In this document: one piece after another, positions 38,860 to 50,312 of the stretch
Layout: the number at the start of each line of letters is the position of its first letter
Position numbering within the stretch: position 1 is the first letter of the stretch
Origin: Lama glama
Lineage: Eukaryota
Length of the DNA stretch: 64,000 nt
NCBI GenBank assembly: GCA_028534125.1
Contig: CM052816.1
Coordinates: 17,486,001 to 17,550,000, forward strand
Reading direction: 5' to 3'
Position numbers and translations under genes: made by a program
Notes under the pieces: generated by a model
What the model was told of the DNA's origin: nothing
Seen by the model: the letters and a program-made list of their open reading frames with translations, nothing else
Databases searched by the model: none

Positions 38860-39340
38860 CGTACATCCAGGATGTAATCACGGATTATTCACAGTGGCTA
38901 AGAGGTGGAAGCTTCCCAGGTGTCCACCAGTAGACGAACGGAGAAACACAATGTGCTATAAATACATGATGGAATAGAATGCAGCCTAAAAGAGGAAGTA
39001 AATACTGACACATGCTATGATGTGGATGAACCTTGAGGATGTTATGTGAAGTTAAATAAGCCAGTCACAAAAAAGACAATGTTAGATAATTCTATTTATA
39101 TGAGGTACCTAGAGTGGTCAAACTCATAGAGACAGAAAGTAGAGTGGTGTGGGTTCCAGGAACTGAGGGTGGGGAGGGGGCAACAGAAAGGGTAGGGTGT
39201 CTGTTTTGCAAGATAAAAAAGTTCTGGAGACCTGTTGCACCATAATGTGAGTGTATGTAACACCTCTGAACTATACAGTTAAAAGTGGTTAAAATGGTAA
39301 ATTTTTTATTCTATGTGGTTTTTACCATAATTAAACAAAA
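38860..39340 (+). mobile_element. L1MB 3' end
   Basis: 'tggatgaaccttgagga', 'tatatgaggtacctagagtggtcaaactcatagagacagaaagtaga', 'aaaagtggttaaaatggtaaatttt'. Confidence 0.9.
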
Positions 39341-40889
39341 GTAATTAGTTTTTTCAGTCTCTAAGCCATGCTGATCTGTGCCTGTCAATGGTCTCTTCCC
39401 TGGTGTTGGCACATTTTCAATTTTCCCTTACTGTGCACCTCACATACCTTCCCCCTGTGGGAATGCCCCAGAATTCAGGTTAGACTTATTTTGAGATCTC
39501 TCACCTGTGGCATCCTACAGAGACCAAAGAGAAGACTGCTTTCCCCTCTGGGGCCCCCCTGTGGTGGTTTCTCCTCTATGTCAGTGGGTACCATCTATGA
39601 TGTTTTTTCCTGACTCAGCTATGCTCCAGAGATCCACATGCTGTGTTGTTTTCTGCAGCTGCATTGATTAGTGTATCACTGGGTTTGGTTTAATTGCAGT
39701 AATTCTGCTGTTAACAAATTTATGCAGGTAGAACAAGAAAAAAAAGTCTTAGGGTACTTCCATTTCCCCCAAAGAGAAAATGTAACCATTTTCCTGCATC
39801 ATTTGAATTTTTACTGCTAATAAATGCCTGGCACTGCTTTTTGGTGTGATATTTAAGTCCAAAGGGATATTGTGGAGCCTGCGTATGTATGATTTAACAT
39901 AGCACATAGAATTTTAGTGCTGGAAAAAATCTCTGAGGGTTCTTATTTCAACCTCCTTGTTTTATAGAGGAGGAATTGGGGGTTCTTATTAGGGAACCAA
40001 TTGTGGCAGAGCCAGACGGTCCCAGTTTGTATTGTGGGTTCTTTGTATTCCTTGATGTGTCCTCTTGGAATTCATAAAATTGTGTTCAGTGCCAGGTATC
40101 TGAACACCATCCATTTCAGAGCATAATATATCTATTAGCTTGAAGTGATCAGGAGCTGGGTCTGTCACCAGTGAGAAGTGACTTCTCACTATGGAGTCCT
40201 CTGTGGGTTACCTTCCCTTTCCTCAAAAAATGTACCACTGATGCCATGTGCAAAAATCATCTTTTGAACTTTCGATTCCAAGGAGCTGACTATTAGAGGA
40301 TTGTTGGATTAAGTCATTCTGAAAATGGAAAACTTCTCCAACATAGAAAAAAATCACCCTTGAATTAACCTTTTATGGGAAATAATGTTTGCATTCATCT
40401 TTCACCCCCTCCTACCTTTACTCTCTGCAATGTGTGTGATGCTCTTTAGAGACCTTGTAAGTTACTTCCTGTGTGGTTATGAGCTTCCCGAGGTCCTCCC
40501 ACAGCTTCTAGCTCATGCCCAGCCCACAGGAGGGGCCCCTAAAATCTGGTTATACTGGATTTAAGTAGACCATTCACACAGTTGAGGGAAAAGTATGGTC
40601 AAAAAATTAAGTGTAGTTTCCTTAAGCAATGTGAATAGTGTTTGACAACTAGGTGGCATTAACCCCAGAAGGCTTCATGGGTGAGGTGAGATTTTGTCTT
40701 GGTTCTGAAGAATAGGCAGAAGATTCATGAAGGCAACTCTTGCAGAGGAAAAATAGCCTACTTAGGAGGAGGGCAATATAGAAATGAGGGGAAAAGCAAA
40801 CTGTCCAGGGTGGAGATGGGTAGTGAGTTTCCTTTGGACTGTTGAGCTAACTCATTGTGAGCCTTGTCACTCCCTCTCACTCCCCACCA

Positions 40890-41345
40890 TTTATAGTAGT
40901 GGGCCCCTAAATGGCCACTCTATCTTGAAGCATCCTACCTGATATCTATAGTTGATGCAGTCAGGGTTGGGCCCCTGACTCAAGCTGGACCAATCAGAGC
41001 CTCTTTTCTGGGAATTTGGACTAGGAACTTGGAGAGGAGCTTGGGCTGGTGGGTCTGTGTCATGTGAACTTGGAAGCTGGGAGGTGGACATCTGGTACCT
41101 GCCCAGAGGCCAGAGAAGGGAAAGAGGATGGTTAGCAGAGGGAGAGGAGAGAGACAAGAATAAATTGGGTGGTTTTCCAGTCCCTGGGACCCAGCCCTAT
41201 CCTAGGGCTAGGTTGCAACCCTCTGTGCCCACGCCCTTCAGCACCCCTGTGGCTGCATCATTTGATTCTCCTTTTCTGCTTAGGTCACCTCTGGGGTGGA
41301 GTGAGGATGGTTCTGTTACTTGCACCTAAAAGAGTATTAAGGAAT
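40890..41345 (+). mobile_element. Old MaLR LTR (MLT1K/L-like)
   Basis: 'tgactcaagctggaccaatcagagcctcttttctgggaattt', 'ttctgttacttgcacctaaaagagt'. Confidence 0.7.
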
Positions 41346-41779
41346 AGAGGGAGCCTCAGGAAGAAGAATTCGAGTTCAGATTGCATCTCACAAGCTTGTT
41401 GGGGAGGTCTGGGTTTACCCTCCTTGGCAGCCAGGCATAGTGGCTTATTCCTAATATGCCTAGGTCAGTCTGTCACCTCTGCTGTGACTTGGCACTTCCT
41501 GTGCGATCTGGACTCAGAACCAAGAGAGGAGATCATTGGTTGGATGTTTACATGTTCATTTGAAACTTGGCTGTCTCCACTGTGTTCTATACTAGATGTT
41601 GATGTTACCCACAGCTGGAGTCCAGTAGGAGGAACATAACAATGCTCCCCTCTCATTCTTATAAGTGTCCAGGTTGATAATAAATAATATCTTCATCCTA
41701 CTTGTAGGCTGTGAGCTCTACTGCTGGATGTTAAACATCAGAGTGACAGGGTGAGATTCCAAGATGGGGAAATGATTCA

Positions 41780-42260
41780 GGGGTCAGTGGAGAGGATGGT
41801 GAGGCAGAGAGCACAATTAGAAACAGGATGATGATAATGGACTGCAGTCAGCCATGGTAATGGAATTGGAAGAGAGAGCATTAATGGGAAAACCAGCAAG
41901 AAGGTACAGACCATGGAACTCTGTGAATCTATGACTGTCTAGTGAGGGGACTTCTAAGGGTAACTGAGTAAAAACAGGCTTGGTGAGCTATATTGAGACT
42001 GTATTTTAGATACGTGGTTTAGGAGCCGTGGGGCAGCCAGATAAAGAAGTCAGGTATAGAGCTGGAAATAAGGGTCTGGGGACCAGATGAGAAGACTGGC
42101 TGGAGACAACTGCTTGGGAGTCATTAGGCTGTGGGTGATCTTTGAAGCCATCAGCGTGGACGGGACTGTCCAGGGAGAGAGAGTGTTGAAGAGGAAGTCA
42201 AGAAAAGATGAGTCTACAAAAGACACTGAGAAGTACTAGTGGGAGAGGTAGGAGGAAATC
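41780..42260 (-). mobile_element. L2
   Basis: 'ggctggagacaactgcttgggagtcattagg...tttgaagccatcagcgtgga...agacactgagaagtactagtgggagaggtaggaggaaatc'. Confidence 0.7.
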
Positions 42261-42974
42261 TGTTATCATTAATTATTACTGCCAACTGAAGGTCTAGTGT
42301 GATTGAAGCAATATGCTGGGAGCTTCATGTCCCTCACTCTTTAAACTTGCAACAACCTTGCCAAGTGGATATCAGCCTCCAGTTATGGGCTCAGAGTTTA
42401 AATAATATATCCACAGTTAGCTTTCCAGCCAACATGGCTGACATGACATTTTTCAAAGACCACATTCTTTTCTACCCTGTGGGAATGGTGGTTGCAGGAG
42501 AGATGGAGGCACCGGAGGTCAGAAAACCCTTCTCCTTCAGGTGACCTCAACAATTTTGGCAGACGTCAAGTTCAGGGAACTTAACCGTTGCAGCTACAAG
42601 TCTGAGGCAGGAGGGGCTGCCCTCCTTTCTCTGCTGGCCTCACTAAGTAGGCCATGTACTGGGGACCTGGACAAGGAGGCTGCTTAAAGTAGAATATAGA
42701 AAACAATGCCGGTGATGTAATTGCATCATGAATTGTGGCCAGAAAAGGAGCCTAGCAACAAACTCATTTTCTGTTGGGCACAAGACGCAGAGGGCCTACT
42801 ATAATTAGTTCTGGTTTTTTTCCTTCTTATTGGCAAGTGCCTCTCTCTTTTTTCTTCCTTGAGCGCACATGATGGACCAGCTTTTATCTAAAGTCCTCGT
42901 GTTGGCATTATCTCATTGTACTGTGAAGTGTTTGGAGGGGTCTTTACTTTGTATGAGTGTGGGCACATACCCTT

Positions 42975-43205
42975 GCCTACCATTTATTGAGCACCTACTG
43001 TGTGCAAGGGATGGTACTTGAGTGTTGTCCATGAATTATCTCATTTACCTCTTGGCGCAACCCTATGAGTTAGGTAATGTAAGTATCATTTTTTTCTGAT
43101 GAATAAACTATACTGAGGGAAGTTATCAACTTGCCCAAGATCTTACAGCTAATAGTGGTGAATTCAGGATTTGAACTGAGCTCTCTGACCTTTCCCAGTC
43201 ATTCT
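42975..43205 (-). mobile_element. MIR, near full length
   Basis: 'accatttattgagcacctactgtgtgc...caaccctatgag...aacttgcccaagatcttacagctaatagtgg...caggatttgaac'. Confidence 0.9.
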
Positions 43206-45185
43206 CTGCACCTCCCCTCCTTTGTCATGGGCCGGTGTCTTGTCTAGTCAGAATCTCCTTGGCCTGAATCTGTTTTTCTTTGGCCCTCAACTATGATTGC
43301 CCTAGAAGACTCTGAGGGGATATCTAGGCTGTTGAAGAAGTAACTGGTTGAATGACCTGGAAGAGTTAAAGCAACTTAAGCAGAGGCCTTCCTCTGCGGC
43401 TGGAGTAGCTGACACCTGGGGATGAGCTGAAGGCCCAGAAGGAGTGGGTCACTTTCTGTGGGAGCAACACCAGTGATGTTCCCAGGCCTGTCATCGACAA
43501 AGCTCTGTTCTTTGGCTTCTTGAGAGATGGAATGAGGCTGTCGCCAAGACTCCGGAAATTGTGATGTGATTGAATACCCTGTGACCTTTAGGGGCAGTTC
43601 TGGGGGCCCCTCATTCCTGCAGGGAGCAGGCTTTCTGGCTTGGCAGGAAGCTCTGCACCTGCCTGGTTGTGAATAGGTAACTGCTCATCCCCAGCGACCT
43701 GGACTGTGTCCTACTGAAAGCCAGTGTCTTAATACTTAGAAACATTTCCTTTGTTTGAGGCCTCTTGCTTATGGGTTTTTTTCTGTCACCAGGGTGGCTC
43801 TGTGCCCTCTTGCTAATGAATTATCCAGGAGTCAATGGCCCGTTCACAGTGGATTGGTTTTGCCATTCATGCGGCTTAAGACACAGCTGCCAGCCCAGTG
43901 TGACTGGAACCTGAGGTCAGAGCCTCCGAGGGGAATACAAAGCCGCTCCATTAGCCACTCCCCCTGTCCCTTCCTGTCCACGGGGAGTCCTGCAAACACG
44001 CATTTGCTCACCAGCGTGAGGGGAGCAGTGGTTTTAAGCTTGGCAGGTGGCTAAGACTTCTGATTGGATTTATTTTACTAGGTAGTGTGATTTGATAAAC
44101 GTTGGAATCCCAGACTTGGGGAGCTGGAAGAACCATGGTTCAGTCCCTTTATCTTGCACCTCAGAAAACAAAGTCTGGAGAAAGGAGGTAATTCCCTTGG
44201 CTGTGTCTTGTAGGAGACTCAAGGGTGAAAGCTGAGGCAGCCCTCTGCCTTGGACCCCCAATTTTTCTGGGTTCCCACTTCAGATATCTCAGTGGCAAAG
44301 GCTTCTAAGACTAATGCTGTTGTCTGAGAAAAGGGGGAAAGAGGATGATAAGGAGATTGGAGGAACCCCATCTCTGTCTCCCAGTGGACACTGGGTGGGT
44401 TTTGCCTCAGATGCTCTGAAGTTGAACATTTGATTTTGCCTCACTTATTTCTATCCAGAATCATTGAAATGGTTGTGACGAATACTTACCCACTTTCTGC
44501 TGAGTAAACGAGGATCAGTTGTCATGTTAGACAACTCCCTTGCTCTTCAGGTTATTAAAGAACTATTAGTGCCCTCTGACAGACAAGTAATAAATGGAGC
44601 CTCCAGAGGCTTGAATAGCAGTAATAAGTGCCTCGTTTGCACCCAAGGTTTCGCTTGCTCACTCAGCAGGATCTGGGTCAATAGACATCATTTTCATAAG
44701 ACATTTATCTTTCTTTTTCATATTAGACTGGCTTATTTTTTTCTGGAATTTGCTTTTGGGGCAATAGGCTTTGGGGAAAAAATAAAACTGACAGATTATA
44801 AGAATAAAGCTTGAATCAAGTTGAGGTATAAAAAATAAAATGTTACTTCCAGGGCGACAAAGCACTGTACCATTTCCATTTATATCAACGCTTCGCTGCA
44901 ATGAGGTTTAGATTCAAAAGTCAATTCAGAGTTCTGCAAGAAAGGGTGCAGGTGGGCCCACTAATAATGGTCCTCAGGGAGGTTGGAGAGGGCAGGTAAG
45001 GAAGATGAACAGCAGATGGTAGGGGATTAACCCCTGACATGATCAGAAGATTCTACCTGTGGGAGTCCCAGTTACCTGATCATTCTTGTGGATCTTGGTT
45101 TTGTTCTTTGATGAATATCCTTCCAAAGCTACGTGTACATGCTCTGTCCTACAATTACATTCCTGGGCCATGAAAACCTTCCCTC

Positions 45186-45520
45186 TGCATAGACTGAATT
45201 GTGGTCTCCCCAGTATTCAGTTGTTGAAGCCCTGACCCCCAATGTGACTGTATTTGGAGGTAGGGCTTTAATGGTGGGATCCTAATTTGATAGCACTGGT
45301 AGCCTTTAAAGAAGAGGAAGAGAGATTTCTTTCTCTGCCACGTGAGTGCACAGTGAGAAGGCAGCTGTCTGCAAGCCAGGAATAGAGTCTCAGCAGAGCT
45401 CAACTGTGCTGGCGTGCTGATGTCAGACCTTTGGTCTGTAGAACTGTGAGAACATTAATTTCTGTTGTTTAAACCACCCAGGCTATGTGTTTTGTTATGG
45501 CAGCCCAAGCTGACCAAGCC
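45186..45520 (+). mobile_element. MaLR LTR (MLT1A/A0-like)
   Basis: 'gttgaagccctgacccccaatgtgactgtatttggag', 'agaactgtgagaac...tttctgttgtttaaaccaccc...tttgttatggcagcccaagctgac'. Confidence 0.9.
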
Positions 45521-46212
45521 TCCTTCCCTCCCTTCTTTCCTTCTTTGCTATTTCATGTCAGCATTTCCAACTTAGGTCTGTAACTTAGGCAGTTTTGGAT
45601 GCATTTTGCCCTGGAAATCATGTTCTAGGGTGTGACTGGGTTACCAGGTGGTCCTGAAAAATCTGTGTAAGCCGTGTTGCAGCTAAATGGCATAAGGTGT
45701 CACATGGTATTTAGGCATCATTAAAAAATGGATAATACATTCACATTGTTTGAAAAGGTCTAAATGGAGAGATTCATTTTCATCCCATCAACCATCCATC
45801 CTGTTTCTACTGTTGCCTCCCCAGGTAACCATTTTTATTAGTTTGACTACACACATGTACATAAATATAACTTTCCAAGACCTTTTTTTATTTTCCAGAT
45901 GGTCTTTTATTGTACCGTACTATTCATATTTTATAGTTACAGTATCTTGTCTTATCCCTCTGAGGATATTAATTGTTAATTATTTCTGTTTTTTTCCCTC
46001 CCTGTAGAGTCCTTTTTCTTTCCAGTGTCTCGCTTTCTCCCCCTCCCCCGCCCCGCCCCGTTTTGATCTCTGTCTCTCATGTTCAAGGCTTTCCTCCAAT
46101 ATCTGATAATATTCAGTTGTTGGTTTGCCTGTAAGAGGAACTGCGAAGCTGTTTGGAGTCTTTCGTGTGTGGGTGGGGCTTGCTGACTCTGGGGTATCTG
46201 ATAAAGAATCAG

Positions 46213-46599
46213 TACTGGTTGAGTTCTATTCCATTGTCTATATATAGACCACATCTTCTTTATCCCTTCTTCCATCAGTGGGCGCTTAGGTTGTTTCTGT
46301 ATCTTGGCTGTCGTGAATAATGCTGTCATGAACATAGGGGTGCATATGTCTTATTGAGTTAGTATCTTTGTATTCTTTGATAAATACCCAGAATTGGAGT
46401 AGCTGGATCATATGATAGTTCTATTCCTTTTCTTTCTTTCTTTCTTTCTTTTTTTTGAGGAGCCTCCCTACTGTTTTCCTTAGTACCTGGTAGTTGGTGG
46501 TGATGTGTATGCATATCAGCAAGCATATCCAGAAGCTGAAATGTCATGTTGAATACATGAAATTTGTATAATGCTATAAACCAGTGTTACTTCAATTAA
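46213..46599 (+). mobile_element. 5'-inverted L1 (inverted ORF2 C-terminal piece ~46213-46485 plus direct 3' end ~46486-46599)
   Basis: TSD aaagaatcag at 46203-46212 and 46600-46609; minus peptides MFMTALFTTAKIQKQPKRP and IELSYDPATPILGIY; plus-strand L1 terminus 'aaatttgtataatgctataaaccagtgttacttcaattaaa'. Confidence 0.85.
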
Positions 46600-46607
46600 A
46601 AAGAATC

Positions 46608-46830
46608 AGACACACTCTGCCAGGCACACTCAAATTCACCTACGTACACTACACACACCGATGCACTTACCTCTACCACCTCTACACACCCCTACAGGAC
46701 CACACATCCACTGCACACCTACATACACCCTACACATGTTACACCCACATGCACCACACACACACTCTAAACCCCACAGCCTTCTACACACAATACAGCA
46801 CACATATACCTACTCTCTCCCCTACACACA
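46608..46830. repeat. Degenerate CA-rich low-complexity tract
   Basis: recurrent 'tacacac'/'cacacac' units. Confidence 0.85.
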
Positions 46831-47369
46831 AAATAAAAAAAAGGAAAGAAAAAAAATCATTGTTGCTATCTTCTGGTCTTTCTTCTTGGGGTGCTCAGAC
46901 TCTCCAGAGAAGACTCTTACCACCTCCTGCCTGGAGACTGAAGGTCAGACTTTTGACAGTGTTACTGGGAGCCAGTGGGGATGAGAGGGTTGGAGTGTGT
47001 GTATGTGTGGGATTATCTCAGCATCCTCCTTTGTTTGCTTAACCCCCTATTTTATGTGAGTTACCCTGGCCCTCCCCCTCCACTGGGGTCCCTCAAGGAG
47101 GAGACCTAATATCCCTTCCCCTGTAATAAACCTCTTGTGTTTTGCCCTGGTAGAGAAAGTGCAGTACTCAGATCTGCAGGGTGGCTGAGGGCATCTGGGG
47201 CCTTATTGCTTCTTGATCAGAATTTAGATTAATCTTTCTTACTTTAGGTCCCCACCCCATATCTTGGGAGGAACCTAATAGAGCAAATTCCTCAGCCTTT
47301 TGGATTTGCATTGTTAATGGTTGGGTCTTAGCTTTCCCTGCTGCCAGTTTACAAGTCAGTTTATCAGGT

Positions 47370-47745
47370 CAGCTGAGACTTCACAAGTGAGGAAGCCCAA
47401 GGCAAGAAAGGGAAGAGATTTGTCTGTTGTCACATAACTGGTTAACACAGAACTAGAGTAGAAACCAGGTCTTTTGACTCCTTGTCTAGCACTGAAACCA
47501 CCCAGTGTTTGACCAGCCCGTAATGCGTGTGTGCGTGCGCACACACTCACACTCCCTTCCTCCCTCCTCCTTTCAGTTTCATGTAACTCTCCCACCAATC
47601 CTGCAGGGTAGGCTTGATTATCTTGATTTTGCACATTCAGAAAGGGAAACTCAGAGAAATGGTAGGATTTGCCCATTACAGAGAGCTGTTTGGTGGTGGA
47701 ACCAGTGTCAGATTGCAAAGTGCATGCTCTTAACCATTACATGTA
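47370..47745 (-). mobile_element. Two MIR fragments (~47370-47495 and ~47575-47745)
   Basis: 'cacataactggttaacacagaactagagtagaaaccaggtcttttgactcc'; 'gggaaactcagagaaatggtaggatttgccca'. Confidence 0.65.
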
Positions 47746-48249
47746 CACCCTTAAGTCATGTGTTGGGTCATTGGGTCCTGCTGAAAAACCCAGACTATCT
47801 GAATGCCTTCCTTACTTTTATGATGGCTTTTGGGAGACCTGAGAAATGGCTATTCCCCTATAACTGGGCGTGACTATCTGGTCTACTTCTTGCTACTCCC
47901 TCTGCAGTGCAGCAGCCTCATCCTTCAACTCATTTTGCCTAAGAGGGGACTCTTGATCTTCCTTTTAAACCTATCGGTGAGAATTCAGGCAGATGATGAG
48001 GTTAAGCTTCATAGTTTCTGTGTGTGCACATTTGTGTGACTGTCCACACTATTTATGTGTAGGAAATCTTAGGAATAAAGTTTTCTTATAAAGGAAACAG
48101 GGGTGGTAAATTGGCCAATATATTTTAGGGAAATTGACTGTAGACTGTCCCTTCCAGGACCTCCTTGAATTCACTGAAACAAGGCACTTGTACACTTGTA
48201 TTTCTTCTTGGGGTTATTTAGAAGTAGCTCCTGGGGGTACCTGACTCTT

Positions 48250-48785
48250 GATTTCCCCTCCCTCTTATATCTGTCCCCTACAGTCTCTCAGGTACTCAAG
48301 ATACTATTTCTGGAGTATTCCTCTCCCTTAGTCCCACAATGAAACTATCAGCAAGTCCTGCCATCCTATCTTTTTTTTTTTTTAAGTTCTAAGGTATTTT
48401 TATTTTTTATTTAGTTTGAGGAAGTTTCAAAGAACACTGAACACAGTAATTTGTGTCTTAAATTAAAAAGACTTAAAAAAGGTTTATTCTTTTAAAGACT
48501 TTCTGACTTTTTGGTGTTACTGTAAGAAATGTATTTGACATGGTCACCCAGTTTTCAGATCCTCACCACACACACAACTGAAGCCAAGAATTTCATGAAA
48601 CAGTTTTCACCCTTTCTATAGGCAATGCATTGTTATCCTATCTTTAAGTATATTCTATTAATCCAATATAGATCTGAATCTGTCTACTACTCCCACGTCC
48701 CCATCACTGCTCCAGGGCCAGCCACTGCCATCTCCTGTCGTGACCAATGCAGGAGCCTCCCAACTGCTGGTCTCCATCCTTCTTC
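48250..48785 (+). mobile_element. L2 fragment split by a retroposed insert
   Basis: 'atcagcaagtcctg' continues after the insert as 'tctgaatctgtctactactccc...agccactgccatctcctg...agcctcccaactg'. Confidence 0.7.
48374..48634 (-). pseudogene. Retroposed non-TE sequence: 5'-truncated mRNA 3' end or orphan L1 3' transduction; parent unknown
   Basis: 11-bp TSD atcctatcttt (48363-48373, 48635-48645); T-run 48371-48383; minus-strand AATAAA at 48399-48404 and 48406-48411; target CTTT/AA. Confidence 0.8.
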
Positions 48786-48854
48786 CCTATTTCTCTCCTT
48801 GCTTCTCCCTCCTTCCTTCCCTCCCTCCCTTTTCTTTACTTTAAAACATCTTAT

Positions 48855-49046
48855 AATATATTCAGCCTTAAAAAGGAAGGAAATCCTGACACATGCTACA
48901 ACGTGGTTAAACCTTGAAGACCTTTTGCTGAGTGACATTAGTCCCAAAGTGACAAATACTGTGTGGTTTCTTTCACTTATATGAGGTACCTTGAGGAGTC
49001 AAACCTGTAGGAACAAAAAGTAGAATGGTGGTGGCCAGGGGTGGGG
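48855..49046 (+). mobile_element. L1MB 3' fragment cut by the gap
   Basis: 'attcagccttaaaaaggaaggaaatcctgacacatgctacaacgtgg...tagaatggtggtggccagggg'. Confidence 0.88.
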
Positions 49047-49546
49047 NNNNNNNNNNNNNNNNNNNNNNNNNNNNNNNNNNNNNNNNNNNNNNNNNNNNNN
49101 NNNNNNNNNNNNNNNNNNNNNNNNNNNNNNNNNNNNNNNNNNNNNNNNNNNNNNNNNNNNNNNNNNNNNNNNNNNNNNNNNNNNNNNNNNNNNNNNNNNN
49201 NNNNNNNNNNNNNNNNNNNNNNNNNNNNNNNNNNNNNNNNNNNNNNNNNNNNNNNNNNNNNNNNNNNNNNNNNNNNNNNNNNNNNNNNNNNNNNNNNNNN
49301 NNNNNNNNNNNNNNNNNNNNNNNNNNNNNNNNNNNNNNNNNNNNNNNNNNNNNNNNNNNNNNNNNNNNNNNNNNNNNNNNNNNNNNNNNNNNNNNNNNNN
49401 NNNNNNNNNNNNNNNNNNNNNNNNNNNNNNNNNNNNNNNNNNNNNNNNNNNNNNNNNNNNNNNNNNNNNNNNNNNNNNNNNNNNNNNNNNNNNNNNNNNN
49501 NNNNNNNNNNNNNNNNNNNNNNNNNNNNNNNNNNNNNNNNNNNNNN
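49047..49546. other. Assembly gap, exactly 500 N (placeholder size)
   Basis: read directly. Confidence 1.
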
Positions 49547-49664
49547 GGAGTTCCGCAGGTGCTCTGGTTGGCTGAGTGGGTCTGTAGATGTGGGTCTTGG
49601 TGTATTTGTGGGAGAGGGTGACTTACAAGCGTCCTTCTACTCCGCCATCTTGCCCGGAAGTCTC
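49547..49664 (-). mobile_element. 5' end (promoter/5' UTR start) of a young L1 running into the gap
   Basis: minus strand reads gacttccgggcAAGATGGCGGagtagaaggacgc...; YY1 site (ccgccatctt 49642-49651) near the terminus as in mammalian L1 5' UTRs; CpGs retained. Confidence 0.8.
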
Positions 49665-49959
49665 TGCACAGATGTTTTAAGATGATCTTTTTTTTTTGAG
49701 AATGTGAAGTGGTTATTGATCATGAGAGAGCCATCAAGTGTGTGCTCTGTGATCTAGTCAACCCAGTTCTTCTTCAGTACCAGGGCTTTGGGGCCCATTT
49801 GTCATTCATTCGCTGTTTGTCCTCTGGTTCATTTGTGAAACATTGACCCTCTCTGTCAGGGTCTGGAGAGATAAGCATATCTTTCACGATGTAGTGTTGA
49901 AATTTAGGCATGTTATTTCAGACTTTCCTTGCTCGGTGTAGTTTAGTTACAAGTAAAAA

Positions 49960-50164
49960 TAAATAAGATTCACAGGAATACCGTAACAGGAAATGTTGCA
50001 GAAGTCATGTGAAGAAAATCACAAAAATGTATTGACTGCCATAAAAGAAGACTTGAATAAGTGGGGCTGAGGGCTGTGGTTTCTCCCAGTGTGATAAAGA
50101 TGTCAATTCTTTCCGAATAATGTATCATTTCACCCAAGTCCAATCAACATCTCAGCTGGGGTTT

Positions 50165-50224
<60 letters not shown>

Positions 50225-50268
50225 TCCTTCCTTCCTTCCTTCCTTCCTTCCTTCCTTCCTTCCTTCTC

Positions 50269-50312
<44 letters not shown>

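Noticed and set aside
40642..40660. CTCF-like TGACAACTAGGTGGCATTA
   Set aside because: Mismatch at a near-invariant core C and lies in probable L2 remnant
41169..41639. 156-aa ORF
   Set aside because: Starts in an MLT1 LTR; no recognisable domain or exon structure
46610..46860. CA tract plus A-rich run as a 3' transduction of the inverted L1
   Set aside because: A perfect TSD already closes the element at 46609; the downstream match (aaaaaatcat) is poorer
46584..47042. 152-aa His/Thr-rich ORF
   Set aside because: Arises from the CA-rich low-complexity tract
49025..49685. Longest ORFs (198 and 214 aa)
   Set aside because: Artefacts of translating through 500 N
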